64,000 bases of DNA from the human T2T-CHM13v2.0 reference genome, Homo sapiens, in the NCBI RefSeq assembly GCF_009914755.1, contig NC_060933.1, one strand, 5' to 3'. The notes beneath the pieces are model-generated. The model made no database searches. It was not told the DNA's origin and worked only from the letters and a program-made list of their open reading frames with translations. Positions 1 through 18,517 of the stretch are shown here, one piece after another (within the stretch, counting starts at the first letter, position 1; the number at the start of each line of letters is the position of its first letter). The translations under genes were made by a program, and so were the position numbers.

Positions 1-3000
1 CCCATGTGCAAAGGTTGGGGGGGAAAATGCACGCATGGTATGGGAACTCCACAGAAACTGATTTAGCAGGCGTTCCTGAGGAATAACTGAAATCTTAGCG
101 AAATCTCAGGGCGGATAAGATTAGGTACTTCAAAAATCCAAGGGGCTGTCACACAGAAGAGGAATTAGGATACAATGTAAGGCTGTGGGAAAGTTACCAG
201 CATCAGAATCAGACAGCTGTGGGGGGACCTCAGCTTCATCACTTACTGAGATTAACTTCGGAGAGACTGCTTACCCTCTCTGAGACTCAGTTTCCCTACC
301 TATAAAAGAGGAAGGATTTCCCTAAGGTTGTTTTAATCACTGGAGATAATGTGTATGCAAATTAACTTGCACCTAGCTACTATAATTAGACTGATTTTTT
401 TAGGTCCCAAAGGTTCAATGGGTAGAAGATGAAAGAAACACATTTCTCTTCAACAGACGAAGGAGCTTTTAAACAGTTAAACCTGCACAAATATGGAAGG
501 AAGTGCCCTGTAAGAGAGTGAGCTCCTCATCACTAGAGGTAATCAAGCAGAGAAGCTGGATGAGACCCTTGGTGAGAAGGCCTCAGAGGGCAGACTGACA
601 GTGAAGAGTGGGATAGATGAACTCTGGGCTTTCAGGACTTCTGTTTCAACAATTCCAAGGTTAAGTTTCTGTACATGTAAGCCTCAATGTGGTATTGTTC
701 AAAACTGAATTTCCTTTCATGTATACTTTCTCATCGGAAATAATTCTAAATGAATACCTCATTCTTGGAAAAAACTGAAATGGCCCATCAAACCGTGAAA
801 TAGGAGATGAGGGACTATAACAAGCAAAAATATGTAAAGCTCACAAAATAGACAATGGAATATGTTTTACATTTAGCTGTTTCTACCTAAAATTAAGCTA
901 CTGATCTCATTTCATTTTCCCTCCGAGTAGTTCCACTAGGCCCCAGACAGACTGGAAATCAGGATGGAATACATTTACTCCACAGGGACATGAATCAAGT
1001 TGCATAAACCTTACAAAAATACTCTGCTAATATTTGCTCTCAGGCACAGACACGCCCATTTGGGTGTCAGTCCACGATATTTCTATCTTAGGCTCTGGCC
1101 CCCACCCCTTTACAGCCAAAAGCAGCAGAAGCCTTCAGAAAAGAAAACAGCTAAAGTCACTTTGAAAGGTTTGAGATGTGCTAATCACAGTGCATACCAG
1201 CCAAGAAGCTGGAATCTCACAACCGGACCATCCTGCCAGCCTCTGTTCCCGCCAAGGAGTCTGAAGCCAGTGGTAGTCCGGCCAGAGAAACCCAATCCTC
1301 ACCACCAGTGTCCCTCGCCATAATTTTATCTCAAGGAAACAGAGAAAAATACTCTCCACTTACCCCCACGAAGCATCATCTTATTTGTCTCTGATCAGCC
1401 AGGTGACTCGCGAAGTCACTAACTCACTTTTCTCTGGCTCGGTTTCCCAGGTTAGAGCCCTCTAAAGCTTTTTCCAGCTTTAAAATCCTCTGCCTGTAAG
1501 GTTTTAATCCAGGGGGCCATCTCAGGTTATATTAGGTTCGGTAACCCTGCTGGTTGCCAGTGTGCCCCTAGAAACCATAAAATATTTTTATGCAGCCTAT
1601 TCAGATTTCCAGGGCTTTGTACCCTGATAAAATGGGGTCAGCAAATTAATGAAACTCTTTAAAAAGACTTCTAAAAGGCATGCCAAAATGCAAATCAGGA
1701 GAACAACATTTAGGAACAAATGAATGAAATGTATATGTTTATCAAAATAACAAGTTGTAAACCTTAAAAAAAAAAACAGTAAAAAGTAAACAAAAGGAAT
1801 GTATAATTGCTACTAAAAAATAAAAGGTAAAGAAAAAAAGGAAATAATATATGTCATTGCTGCTGTTGATGCATTTATCTGTACTGAGGCCTTCCACATG
1901 CTGGGAGCTGAGAATACAGAGATAAAGACAACCCTCTCACTGATTTCAAGAGTGGTCCGTGACTGGACCAAGAAGATCTTTGCTTGGGAGTACTCTGGGA
2001 CAGGAGGGGTCTTGCCAGGCCAGAGTCCACTGGAGGTTTGAAGGAATAGCCAGACCTGGGTTCTAGTCTCTGCTCTGCCACTCCCAAGTGGACATGAACC
2101 TGAACAAATTAATGTTTTGTCTTAGTTTCCTCCCCTGTGAATAACTATAGGGAGCAGAGATTTCATTCTTAACGCAGCACAGGGCCTGGCCCGCCACAGC
2201 CACTCAACACCAGCTCTGTGAATGCTGCCTATGCATTCTTGCCCTTCCCACCTGCCTTCTTTCTCAGTCCCTGGGCCATTCCCTTTCCTGTTTCTGGGCT
2301 TCCTGTGCTACAGGGCTTCAGCGATTTCCAAGTATTTTTACACTCCTCACTCCTGACTGATTGATTTTGACTGGGCCTGGAAGGTAGCACTGCTGTTAAC
2401 CATTTTACAAGATTGGGAGACTCGACTCAGAACCACGCACAGGTCACACAGGCAGACTTCAAACAAGGTGATGATCCCAAGCTCAGGTGGGGGCATCACA
2501 CACCACCCACTCTGAGTCCACTGATCCACGTGACTGGGAGGCAGACGAATTACAGGTGATTCACTGGAGGTGGTAAACGGAGCCCCACACTTAGTCACTA
2601 TTGTCTCTGTAACTTACTAAATAAGGTATGTTCTTACCCTTTTGAGATAATCTTTTATAAACACTCCCCGAGGCTCTCATGTTGGTAAATTTCCTCTTAC
2701 AAGGGAAATGGCCCAGAAAACCTTCTTGCCCCCTAATTAACTCTGCAACATTAGAAACTTGAGTAATGATCTGGGTATTTATCACCATATTACCTCTGCT
2801 CTAAGATGACACACCTGATGTAACAGGTGTTTCAGCAAAGTTATTTTAAAGAAACAGTACATCCAAGGTACCCTGTGACTGTGAAGGTCACGGTGATTTC
2901 AGAAGCATTAAAGTGTGGCCAACGCACCTTTCAGAATTGAGGAAATGTAGTAAATGACTTCCTCCCACTTTTGCAAAAGGCCTGGACTGGAGTGTGTCAC

Positions 3001-4419
3001 ATGATGTCTAAAGGCCCTTCCAGCCTCACAGGCAGCCGTCCCTGGGTTAATTATTAGCAGCAGCGGGAGGGCAGAAACAGGCCATCTCATTTCCTGAGGC
3101 CAGGCTCTGGGTTTGGCCTGGGGCCGCTCCTACCTGATGACCAGCTCTCCTTCCGGACCTCAGTGAGGTGGCCAGCCCTGGCCCCAGTCAGTCTCTCCTC
3201 CCACTGCACCTGCCTCCAGGGATCTCGGAACTGCCAGGACTCCTTCCGGCCCATGGGAAGCTGAGCTTCTCAGCAAACTAGAGCTCCATAAGACTCTTGC
3301 TCACTCACCTTTCGGGGCACATGCACTGGCTCTGAGCCAAGGATCTCATGAGGACAGTCATGGGGCAGGAGTAACTGATAAACAAGGGGGCGGCAACCTG
3401 GGTGTAGCAGGGGCCTGGATCTCTGGAGGATCCAGGACAGCCTCACGGTGTCTGAACCCTGAGCTTCTTTCAACCTGCCAGGAGAGAGGCTCAGGTAGCA
3501 AGAAATAACCCTGGGTGGCTGTGAAAAAGGGGGATCTGACCACAGATGGTAGTGAACCTTGGAGGGGAAGGAGAGGGCGGCTCAGACCAGTGGCTACAAA
3601 GGGCGTGGACTCTGATGTGCTCAGGTTGAACAAAACAAGCCAACCAACAATTTTGTTTGTGTTTTTTAAAAAGTTGAACTTGTAATGTCTATGCAATCAT
3701 ATATTCCACTCTTTCTCATGATCACTATCCAACATTCGTCCAGGTATTTCAAACACTTCCCTGACCCCTTCTGTTATGACTCTACGATATTCCACCACGT
3801 GGGTGTACATAACTGTGGCTGGGTGTTCAGATGACTTCTCACTAGCAGAGCTCAGATGTCAGAAAGAATCCACAGTAAACCCAGAAAAGGAAGAGGAAGC
3901 ATGTGACCAAGGACAGGCACCAATGCCAAGGAAGTGGGGGTCCCGAAGAGCCCTGAGTTAGGGCAAAAACACCAAAGAAAGGAGGAACGAGATGACAGAC
4001 AGGGGCTGGGCCACCACCTAGAGGAGGATGGCTAAACATGAGCAAGGTAACTGATGATGATTTGCGCAAAATCGCCAAGTTAACTGTGTTCTGTCTTTTC
4101 TACCAGGTAGAACAATCTTTTACAATGGAAAAGATGAAATTAAAGGGGATGGGAAGCCATTCCCTGAGCAACTCCCATGACCCAGGAGAGAGCCCACACT
4201 CACCATCTTACTGGACTCTCACATCAAAAGAGGGGACCAGGCTTCGCCCATGAGGTTACCACATGTGTTTCTGAGGTGACCCAGCGGCAGGGCAGAATCC
4301 AAACCGGTGGCTCCTGCCAAAGACGTGCTCCTCCCACTACCTCTTCTGGTCTTTTCTTTTTCTTTTCTTTTTTTCTGTTCTTTTAAATCTCCGGTAAACA
4401 AGCGTTTTTTTTTTTTTTA

Positions 4420-6110
<1,691 letters not shown>

Positions 6111-6285
6111 GATGTGTTAGCTGCTCTGGTCTTGCTGAGTGGAGTCCTTCACCAGCACGATCTTCTGGCAGAGCTAACATCCCTACACAAAAAGGCTGGG
6201 TCTGAGTCTTTAAAATCTCACCACTGCCGCACAGGCAGCCTGCCCAGTGGCTGGTACCCAACAGGTGCTCAATAATTCACTGTGG

Positions 6286-6350
6286 GATGAATGGATGGAT
6301 GGATGGATGGATGGATGGATGCATGGATGCATGGTTGGATGGTTGATGGA
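6286..6350 (+). repeat. (GGAT)n microsatellite
   Basis: Direct reading. Confidence 0.9.
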
Positions 6351-9300
6351 TAAACCACTAGGTTTATCCCTCCACTCACTTCTTATGACTGCTGCCCACA
6401 GCTGGCTGGGAGACTCTTTCATAACAAAGGAAATCTAATAGGCTAAACATATTAAGAATTAAATATCAACAACGGCATTTACACACTCCTAATATTAACC
6501 TAAAAATTACCCAAGATCTAACTCACAGACCTAACTGGACAAGACAGAGGAAAGCCCAATGTACCCTTGCCAGTCTCCTGGTTCAAGTCCCTCAGTGCAC
6601 AGATAAGGAAACCCAAGGGCAGGGCAGGGCATGGCAGGGACTTCCAAAGCCAGAGCCCACCGAACACAGGTCTCAGTGATGGCCAACTATAGATAAGCAA
6701 GAGAAATACATGAGGTTAGTTTGAACTGCTTCACAGAGGAGGGGTGGCCCTCTGGTTCTAAAATCTCCAAAGGGGATGGGGAAATGAACCCTGAGTCCTA
6801 GATCTCATTCTGCTCCACCAGGGTCTCATGCTTCTCTGGCTGTTCCCAGGTGGTGCCAAGCTTGTTCCAACCTTGGGTGTTTGCACGTGCTGTTCCCTCT
6901 CCTTGAACACCCTTCCCTTAGATATGCACCTGGCTCTCTCACTCAGTTTCTTCATGTGCCTGCTTAAATTTTACCTCATCAGTGAGGCCTTCCCTGATCA
7001 CTCCTTCTCCCTCTCACCCTACTTTAGATTTCTCCTTAAATGTAAGTTCCTTAAAGGCAGGGATTTTAGTAGTGAACTGCCATCTCCATGGCATCTAGAA
7101 CAGTGTCCAGTGCACATGAGGCACTAAGTATCTATGGAATGCATGAATAAATTGATAAAATTGGGAACCCCATACTCAGTGTGTAGCATGTCACTAAGTG
7201 TCACAAGAGGGGAAGGCAGATGGGTGGGCACTGCCTGGACCCTGTAGCCACAGAGGCACCCAAGTTTACTTCTGGACCCATAGGCTGTCCAGCGCTCCTG
7301 GGCCTGTGACAAAGACAGGGAGGGCTGGGACATTGTGTACAGTCAGAAACTCCCCCGCCTTTCGGTCAGGTCCAAGATGCTGGCAGCTGCTCCCCTGCTG
7401 ATCAGGCCATAGAAAATGGAGCCTCTGCCCATAGGCGCTTAAGAAATGTGTGTGAAATGCACAAATGAATGAATGAACAACTAATGCGCGCAGGGATTAC
7501 ACCTGCACTTTTAGAAGGCTTGTGTCAGCGCTAACACAGCATACCATTCCAACGGGGCTGGAAGGCAGTCTGACTAAGTAATTCCATTTCTAGGAACCTG
7601 CTGTCAGGATATATTCAGACATGAAAAAAAGTTTTAGTTGCAGAGATTTTCCTCCCAGCAACATTTATAACACTGAAAATTACAAACAAAAAAGCTACTT
7701 GCCAATTTCGGACGGCCAGTTAAGTAAGCCACAAAACAGCCACAGGATGTCTGTGTGATTAGAATATTAAGAGGCTTGTTATAAAGTTGTATCTACGGGA
7801 TAACCGCAACTAATTAAAACAAAGGAATCTGAAAGACAAAAAAACCCCACATGTGTTAGTTTTTCTATTCTTTCAACTTTTCTGTTATTTTCTATGATGA
7901 GCAATCATGAGTCAGAAGAAAGTCAAACTGATCTAATTTTTTTTGTTTTAAATGCTGTCACCTAATGCTTTATTGGTGCTAGGGTGTTAAACTGCTTAAA
8001 TCTCCGTCCTCTGACTCTCTGCTGCCTCCTGTCCCATTTCTGCATCCCCAACCCTGCTTCCTCTTCCTGGGTTCCCTCCCACTATCCACTGTCTGCCCTG
8101 CCCTACCACCTCTGCAATGCTCTGGCCTTTTAATCCATACCTGGACCCACTCCTTCCCCAGAAACCAGCTCCAGTGCTGGGCTGCCTCCTCCACTTCCCA
8201 GATCTGTGGCTTTGGACAAGTTACTGAACCTCTCTGAGATTCCATTTCCTCCTCAGGAAAATGAAACTGACATTAACCCACAGGGTCCTCGTCAGCACTC
8301 GCAGGTGCTAAGGCTGTGGGCTGCTCTAGACACTGCCCGGTGTTGGAGCCCTATCTGCTGCTTCTACTCAGCCTCAGGAAGAGCTGCTATCCATGCCCTG
8401 ATGCACAGGGAGAAAAGTCTTGATCCCCAGTCTGCATAAATCTGGGCACCTGTCCTTTCCTGAAGGCAGCAGAAGAAAAGTAGGTTTGCTCTTGGCTCCC
8501 AGATCAACATGATAGCTTCTTGGCTGAAACTGCCATTCCCCCATGGAGCCCTCCACACCTTCAGAGAACTCACAGCCCAGCCCTCGCTCCTCAGAGCTGA
8601 CGCCCAATATGCGAGTACCCTTTAGACCATGTTCCTGGCAATTTCACCAAAGGCCTGGCTAATGCCATAGCTGGGCCTCCTGTCCACAGCGACAGGCTCC
8701 AGTGCCCCAGCTCGGTGCTGGGCTCTCCTACTCCCTTTTGATCACAGGCTTTACTCATTCTTCCTTCAAAACCTGTATCCACCCCTCTCACTAACACCAG
8801 CTGTGAGGCAGGTGCTGGGGTACAAGGTTAAGAGGCTGTCTCAGTTCCTAGCTCTCCGGGAACTCACAAATCAATCAGAGAGAGAGGGATGCAGAAATCA
8901 CAGCTTTCCATGTGGGGAGTGCTAAGACAGAGGACCTTCCAGGGTGTGACCATGGCTCAGCCTCCGGCAGAAAGCGATGCCTTCTAAGGAGGATATAACT
9001 GTGAAGCCAGACTGTGAGGGATGAGATATCAAGCAACAAAATCAAATCACTCCATACGTCTCCCAAAGCTCTCACCGGGCTCTTACGATCAGTCTCCATC
9101 ATCACCCACAATCTGATTCCAACAGAACCCGACAGACCCCAGACGCCTGGAAACACCTGCCCCTTTGAGGTGTCTCCAAGCAGCCAGGCAGAAAGCTGGG
9201 TATACGTTAAGCTGTGCGTGTTTTTTCCCTACCTTCTCCTCCACAAGGCTCCCCATCATTAATCATGTTCTGGATGAATGCCGCTCAAAGTGCAGTCTCT

Positions 9301-10342
9301 GGACCAGTGACTTCAGCATCACTGAGTGCCTGTTAGAAATGCAGTCTCAGGCCTCACCCCTGACCTACAGAATCTGAATCATTTTGTATAAAGTGTGACA
9401 GGCTGCGTTCTCCACTCCAATTCCAACTTCCTCCTCTTCACTCTGTCGCGAGCTGCCATCTTTTGGTGCCTTTGACATCTACGCAGTGAACTAAAGCCAA
9501 CCTCTGCAGTGTCCACCTCAGGCAGAATTGCCTGAGCCCCACCCTGCCCTGGGTGGCGCACACCAACCACAGCTCTCTCCACCTCAAGCTGTGGACACAT
9601 GTCCCACAGCAGTCCCTCTGTCCAGACAGCTGAGCCAGTACTGCCTGAGTACTCAGCATGCTGCTGTGTCACCACGGGATCATCACACGACCTTGTGAGG
9701 TGGAGACACCACTGGCATTCCAGTGTGGAGAGGTGGAGACCGAAACTCAGGAGGCTCGAGCAGGGCCCTGGAGTGAGGGAGTGGGGGCCCGGTGATGGTC
9801 CCAGGCTCACCACCTGTGCTGAGAGCTAACACTGAGCACGGCAGCCTGGCCGAGCCACCTCTGTGGAAACTTGGAGCTGAGGATGGACATCTGAATCTGA
9901 AGTGAGGAACAGCCACTTGGCTAGGAGCTAGAATTGAGGGGCAAAAGTTGTGGAGAACAAACACATGGGAGAGGAGGCAGAGGCCAGATCCTGAAAAACT
10001 CTTCAGTGGTGGACTGAGGTGCCTGGACTTCAGAGGCGACAGGAGGGTAGTGAGGTTTCTGGAGCAGGCTGGTCAAAGTCAGCAGCACCCTTGTTTGATA
10101 TCCATCCCATTCCCTCACCCCACATCTACCTGGGACTTGCTTCTCTGACCCTCCTGCTGTGGCAAGATCCTGATTGTCCCAGGTGCACATGGCTCTACTT
10201 CCTGACTGCTCATCCTCACGCAGTCCTCAGCCCTCTATGACCCCCCATCCTGCGCTAGGACAAAGCCTGGCTCCCAGGCATGCCTACCAGTGGTTTCCCC
10301 AGCTGGCTCCTCAAGAGCAAAGCCTTATCAAGAGTCATATAA

Positions 10343-10952
<610 letters not shown>

Positions 10953-12091
10953 TCATATATGATCCAGCCCCCAGATCCTCGCCCTCTTCTCCTGTGACTG
11001 GCAGCACCTTCCCCAGGAGAGCTCCCCTTCCCCGCCCAGTCTTTCCTGACGGAATCATCAGTTTCCACACTCATCTCCTCCTACGGAAACCAGACTCTTC
11101 TCCTTCCCCTTCCACCACCATCCTGAGAAGACTGAGTACGGGAGAGCCTCTGTCCTGGAGCAGCTCACGAGAGGGAACCCCTTTGCAGTGTGTACCTCTT
11201 TAAAGGAAAAACATTCTCAAGATCCACCCCCGACTCCCATACACCTATTCACCTGGACCTATTTAGTAACTCTGAAGAAAACTGAAGCCTTTCCTGGTCT
11301 TTGAAAATTCTTTCAATAGCAAATAACCACTGCAACAGCAAATCTAAGTTTACGATTGAAAACATTTAAGGTTAACTTTACATACAACAGAAAACATTAC
11401 AATGACAACACAGAACTTGGAAATTCTTGCAGTATGAACAGACTGAAGACAGGTCTGCAGGACTCTGTGAAACACAGATCTCCCCTAGAGTCCAGCCACT
11501 CAACATGTGGTGGCTTACGGACCCCATCCTGGCATCACCTGGGACGGTGCTGGAAAGGCAGAGTACAGGACCCAGCCCAAACCTGCTGAGTATGTATTTG
11601 CATTTTAACATGAAAACTTGGGAAGCCCTGGCTTATAGCATACATTTTGCAGGGTTGGAGAAAAGATGGGGAAAAGCAAGGCCAGATGGAGCCTGCACAG
11701 AATGAGGTGATCTTCTGTGCTTTTTAAGGGAACGTTTTTCTGGTAGCTATGTGAAGGAGGTACAGGCGCAAGGGGCCTATTTGTGACAGTAAGCAAAAGA
11801 GGCAAATGGGAGAAGCGAGAGAACTCAGTTTGGGTGGAGTGGAAAAGGGGAGTGGGCTGGAGAAGGGATTTCTGAGGTGTGGTGGACAGGCTTGTCCAGG
11901 GCAGGTTATGGGGGACAAGTGAAGAGTGACCTTGGGTTTCTAAGCAGGAAGACTATGTGGAGAGGACTAGTGGAGAGGGCATTTTTAAGAAAGAAGGTGA
12001 TGAGCTCTGTTTCAGAAATGCAGAGGAGGGGCCTGGGGGCACTCATGAGGAGTTGTGCAGATGTGATATACACAGGATTGGAAATGCCCAG

Positions 12092-12464
12092 TGATATGGT
12101 TTGGTTGTGTCCCCACACAAATCTCACTGAGTTGTAGTTCCCATAATCCTCACATGTCATGGGAGGGAACAGGTGGGAGGTAACTGAATCATGGGGGCAG
12201 TTACCCCCATGCTGCTGTTCTTGTGATAGTGAGTTCTCACGAGATCTGATGGTTTTATAAGGGGCTTTTCCCCCTTTTGCTCTGCACTTCTCCTTGCTGC
12301 TGCTGTGTGAAGGAGGTTGTGTTTGCTTCCCCTTCCGCCATGATTGTAAGGTTCCCAAGGCCTCCCCAGCCTTGCGGAACTGTGAGTCAATTAAACTCCT
12401 TTTCTTTATAAATAACGCAGTCTTGGGTATGTCTTTATTAGCAGCGTGAGAATGGACTAATATA
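12092..12464 (+). mobile_element. THE1-family (MaLR) solo LTR
   Basis: Starts TGATATGGTTTGG, ends GACTAATATA, 5-bp TSD CCCAG (12087-12091, 12465-12469). Confidence 0.9.
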
Positions 12465-12784
12465 CCCAGAGATGATCAGGCCGGAGACACAGACCTGTGA
12501 GCCCCTGCTGATAGAACCAGCTGAGTTTACCTGAAAAGGCCTGCAGGACAGTAAGATCAGAGGATAAAGGGCAGCAGAGGAAGAGCCAAGGTGTGGAAGG
12601 TAGGAGGGGAGAGGAGCATCACAGAAGCCCTGGAACAGAGAGGAATTTCTCTGACCAAATGGGCTGAGATATGAGAACCTGCCTCTGGTCTTAACAAGTG
12701 AGCAGTCCCTGGCCACTGTGGCAAGAGCAGGGAGGGCCCCCCTGGCCGCAAAGCGCAGAGCATATTATCTAAAAGTGTCATGAA

Positions 12785-13000
12785 ACCCTGGGCAGCGGAC
12801 CTCAAAGGACAGTCCCTGGCGTCCGAATGAGTGGCATCACCAGAGAGCTTGTTAGAAATGCAAACCTTCCGGCCTCACCAGAGGCTCTGATTCAGACCAA
12901 GAGAATCACACGCTCTGGGGGTGGGGCCTAACAGCCTCTTTTAAACAGCCTTCCAGCCTTCCAGGTGATTCTGATGTGCTATAGTTTGAGAAACACTGCT
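12785..13000 (+). mobile_element. MER5A-like hAT DNA transposon
   Basis: Motifs agagcttgttagaaatgcaaa, caggtgattctgatg and agtttgagaaacactg. Confidence 0.7.
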
Positions 13001-13487
13001 ACAGGATATGGAAATTCAATGGAAGGTATATATCATCTTTTCTACATGAAAACGAAAAGAAGAAAAAGACAGCCTAGCAACTTCTACATAGAGAAACTCA
13101 GCAAGAAATGCCTAACTGCTTCAATGCCAATACAACTTATTTCTATAGTCAGAGAAATGCCAAAAGGTATTAACAAAATAATAAAAATACATGGCCCATC
13201 TGATAAACTTCCTTGGATGAGATGTAGAAAACACACCCAAGATCTGGGGGCTGGAAATTCTGAGACATGGGTACCAGTTCCTACTCTGCCATTGACTATG
13301 TGCCCTTGAGTATGTTACATCCCTTGCAGAGCCTCGGTTTCTCCATCCAGAAAAGAGGGAGCCGGAAAAGGTTTTTCTGAGGTCACTTTCAGTTCTGACA
13401 CTGTGTGACATGCTCTGTCCTGTAAAAAGTGACCCCAAACGAAATGCTTTTAAGCAGCTGTGTGGGGTCGGGGGGAGGAGGGAAGTA

Positions 13488-13795
13488 CTTTTTTTTTTTT
13501 TTTTTTTTTGAGATGGAATCTCGCTCTTTTGCCCAGGCTGGAGTGAAGTGGCATGATCTGGCTCACTGCAACCTCTGCCCCCACACCCCAGGTTCAAGTG
13601 ATTCTCCTGCCTCAGCCTCCGGAGTAGCTGCGACTACAGGCACCCACCAGCACTGTGTAATTTTTTGTATTTTTAGTAGAGGCGGGGTTTTGCCACGTTG
13701 GCCAGTCTGGTCTCGAACTCCTGACCTCAGGTGATCCACCCGCCTCTGCCTCCCAAAGTGCTAGGATTACAGGCATGAGCCACCGCACCAGGCTG
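13488..13795 (-). mobile_element. Alu (AluS-type)
   Basis: Alu consensus with a poly-T head. Confidence 0.9.
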
Positions 13796-14885
13796 AAAGT
13801 ACATTTTTAAGCAGTAAAATCTAATAACACAGTTAACCAGAAAATCTTTCCAACATTCAGCAGTACTAGTATCTTGCATTCTAGGAACCGGAACATTCCT
13901 TTACTAACTGGCTTTTCCATTAAAGCTGCTGATGCCTAGAGTAATAAAAACACGACTGCACTGGACAGTGTTCTTAAAGTTCACATGACTGGGATGCTTC
14001 CCAGAAAATAGCTCCATTATCTTCACATTTTCATCCTATAATAATTTGTAATCCAGGAAGGCAAGGTTTGTATTTTCTTCTAGGCAGAAAATAAGTTAAA
14101 GAACCAGACTGTATGGATCCCAGAGCCTGACCCCTTGACCGAGTGTCTGGTCACTTGATATTACAAATCTAGACTTCCTGATAAATGGCCCTGTAGTGAC
14201 CTTGTTACTGGGATCCCTAGATGCTGGTTTCCTGCCTGGTTTCTCTGCATCCAAGTCCCTGTCTGCATCTACTGTCCATCCAATGCCCATCCTCTTCTGC
14301 CTGGGTCCCCAATGCCACCTGCTTCCCTGCCTTTGCCAAAGGTCAGTGACTTAGTCATCATCTCAGAACTAGGGCTGGAACAGGGATGTGGGCGTTGGTG
14401 CAGGAAGAAGAGGTGGAAGTGTGAGCACTAGAGGAAAGAAGATAAGGTCTAGGGTGACTCCCGCCTCCTGCCCTTCTTTGCTTACACACCCTGGCTCTTA
14501 AATTCTATTAGAAATTGGTCAGTGGGAAGCACAGCTGGCTTGTTCATCTCCCTGTCCATCTATCATAAACTCTGTCCCTGCTCCTCCATCCAGCCAGGGT
14601 ATGTGAGTGACGTTCCAGACTCTGCCAGTCCTTGTGGCAGACAGGTACCATAGTGAGGTGAGAGCTGACAAAAGGCCGGTGTGGCAGGCACAAAGCTGGG
14701 AGTGGCATCCTACTGGAGGTGGGACCACAGAGGTGTGGGGACCAAAGCCACAAACATCAGGCCTGCAGGCCATGCAGAGGTTAGTTTTGTCTTTATCCAG
14801 GTAGAAGATTCCTAGTGCTAGAGGGTTTTCCATGCTGGCTCACCCTGCACTGATCTCAACCTCTAAGTCACTCTTAAATCCGGAC

Positions 14886-15005
14886 GTGACCACACGTCCG
14901 GATTTACCTAGGGCAGTCCCGGCTGAGACCCATCAGTCATGTGCAATTATTAATAGGACCCCTTTTTATTCTCAAATTGTTCTGGTTGGGATGATAAATT
15001 CTAGT
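14886..15005 (+). mobile_element. MER96-like hAT fragment
   Basis: gtgaccacacgtcc...gggcagtcccgg...cccctttttattctcaaa resembles MER96/MER96B. Confidence 0.5.
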
Positions 15006-15194
15006 TGCACTGTTCTTGGGGGCCTAGGCCTGTGAAGTCAGTGCTGCAGTTAGAGAAGTCTACCCATGATTAGCAGGGACGCCCAGCCTGATGAGTCTCA
15101 CCCCTCATCAAACATTCCATTTGCCTCTCCAGTATCCCTGCCAAACCATCATCTGGCTTCTGCTTGTATATCTGCAAGGACAGCAGGCTCACTA

Positions 15195-16637
<1,443 letters not shown>

Positions 16638-18014
16638 TTAAACAATGTTGTATCACTATTAATTTATTGATTCTAAAATTTGTATTGTAGTTACGGAATA
16701 TCATCGCTTTTAGGAAATATATGTAGGGGGAAAGGAGGCATTGATAAATAATCCTCAAATGGTTCAGGATAGATATATATGTACACAGGGATAAAATAAA
16801 AAGAATAAAATGGTAATGTTTGGGGAATCTGGGTGAAGAATTTATGGGACTTCTTTGATTTATTCTTACAACCTTCCTATGGGTCTGAATTGTATCAAAA
16901 TAAAACATTAAAAGAAAAAAAAATAAAACTTAGAAAAAGTTTTTTTAAAAAAGAGACCCTGCCTTCACACAGCTTACAGTGTAGCCGGGAGACAGGTACT
17001 AATACAAATAATTACATTAATTAACTGCAAAATTGCCACTAGGAAAAGTGCTATAATGGAGAGAGATCTGGTGGCATGAACATTTATAGCAACAATTTAA
17101 CTCAAGTCAGGAAGGTGAGCAAAGGCTCTGCAATCATGGAGCTGAGACCCACAGGATGAAGTAATCAGTGGGGAGGGGGAGAAGGTCCCAGGCTCTTGCA
17201 GTCCCTGCAGCAGGAAGGAGCACGGTGAGGTGAGGGCTCAAAGAGCATGAACATAGGGCCTGCAGGAGATGCTGAGAGATCAGCTTTGTCTTCATTTTGA
17301 GAAAAATAGGAGTGTATGGAAGACTCCCCCGTCTGTGGAGTAGAGAATCCACTGGAAGCAGGAGAGGGCATGTGCAGATCATGGCAGTGCTGACAGTGGA
17401 CCAGCTGCTTTCAGAGAAGCATCATGCATAATTTTTCTTGTGTTCCCTGACACTTTATTTTCTACAAGAACCATGAATGCATTTGATAACCAGAGCAGGG
17501 GAGGGGACTCGGGGGAGCCAGTGGGGAAGACTGAGCTCAGAGGCCAACCTCCCCTCCCCAGGCCCAATGGTGGCTGGCGGTCAAAAAACAGCTGATGGAG
17601 CTGGTTGCTGCCTCCCTCACCGAGAACCTCTGGGCTAGCCCTTGAGCTGATGTGGCTGAGGGAGGTGACATGCATGGGCCAGGTCTCCAACCCCACTCCT
17701 ACGCCAGGGGCCCCTCATCAGCACAGCATTCAGGCAGCCATGGCCCCTGCACAGTCCTGGATGCTCCCTCTTGGAATATCCCTTCAGTCCTGAGAACCGG
17801 GACCTGTGGTCCTGGCTGAGGAGGGACCTTCACTCACCCACAGCGACTCTCAGCACTGAACACAGATCAAAGCACTTGTCTGGAGGGTCAGGGGTCTGAC
17901 CACAAAGTGAGGGACCCCTTTTCTATGCCAAGTTTTGCCTTAGTTTTCCACATTAGCTCATTGACAACAGTCAACTTAAAGGGAATAGGTGCAATTATGA
18001 TCCTCATTTTACAG

Positions 18015-18471
18015 GGTGGAAGTTGATTATACAATTTGGGTCATTATTGTAATGCCCAACTAAATCAGAGTTGAGAGGCCAGGGGAAAAATACTCAGGGC
18101 ACATAACATTGCTCCAAAAATGTAATTCTCTGCAAGCCTGGCTGCTAAAACTGCCTGTTATAACCTAAAACCAGTTTTATTTAATAACTACTGAAACAAA
18201 TTGCTGTGACCCTAAGACTAGTTTTATCTGCTACCATCATGCAACAATCAGAGCTTGCCAGCTCCCGAAGAGCTTCTCTAGTGCCGATGGACTTTTTTCA
18301 AAACAATACATAATATTTCTCATTCTAATAAAACTCCCAACATTCTCTTTGTTTTCCAAACCAAAGACCACCTAGTCTGTATAGATTTCCCAAATTATTA
18401 TTCTTACTTCCCAAGCAAAACGTTTTAAATTTAGAGAAACATCTGTTTTTATATTTTATTTGACTTTGACA
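18015..18471 (+). mobile_element. ERV1 solo LTR (MER34/MER39-like) interrupting a MIR
   Basis: Ends TTTGACA, internal AATAAA, 4-bp TSD ACAG (18011-18014, 18472-18475). Confidence 0.65.
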
Positions 18472-18517
18472 ACAGATGATTTGTCTAGGCACAGACTTGG
18501 GTTCAAATGTTGGCTGC

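Noticed and set aside
3303-3311. Strong minus-strand donor AAG|GTGAGT in intron 1
   Set aside because: No convincing paired acceptor or promoter; likely a cryptic site.
9645-9663. Overlapping short palindromes CTGAGTACTCAG and CAGCATGCTG
   Set aside because: 10-12 bp palindromes are expected by chance at this window size.
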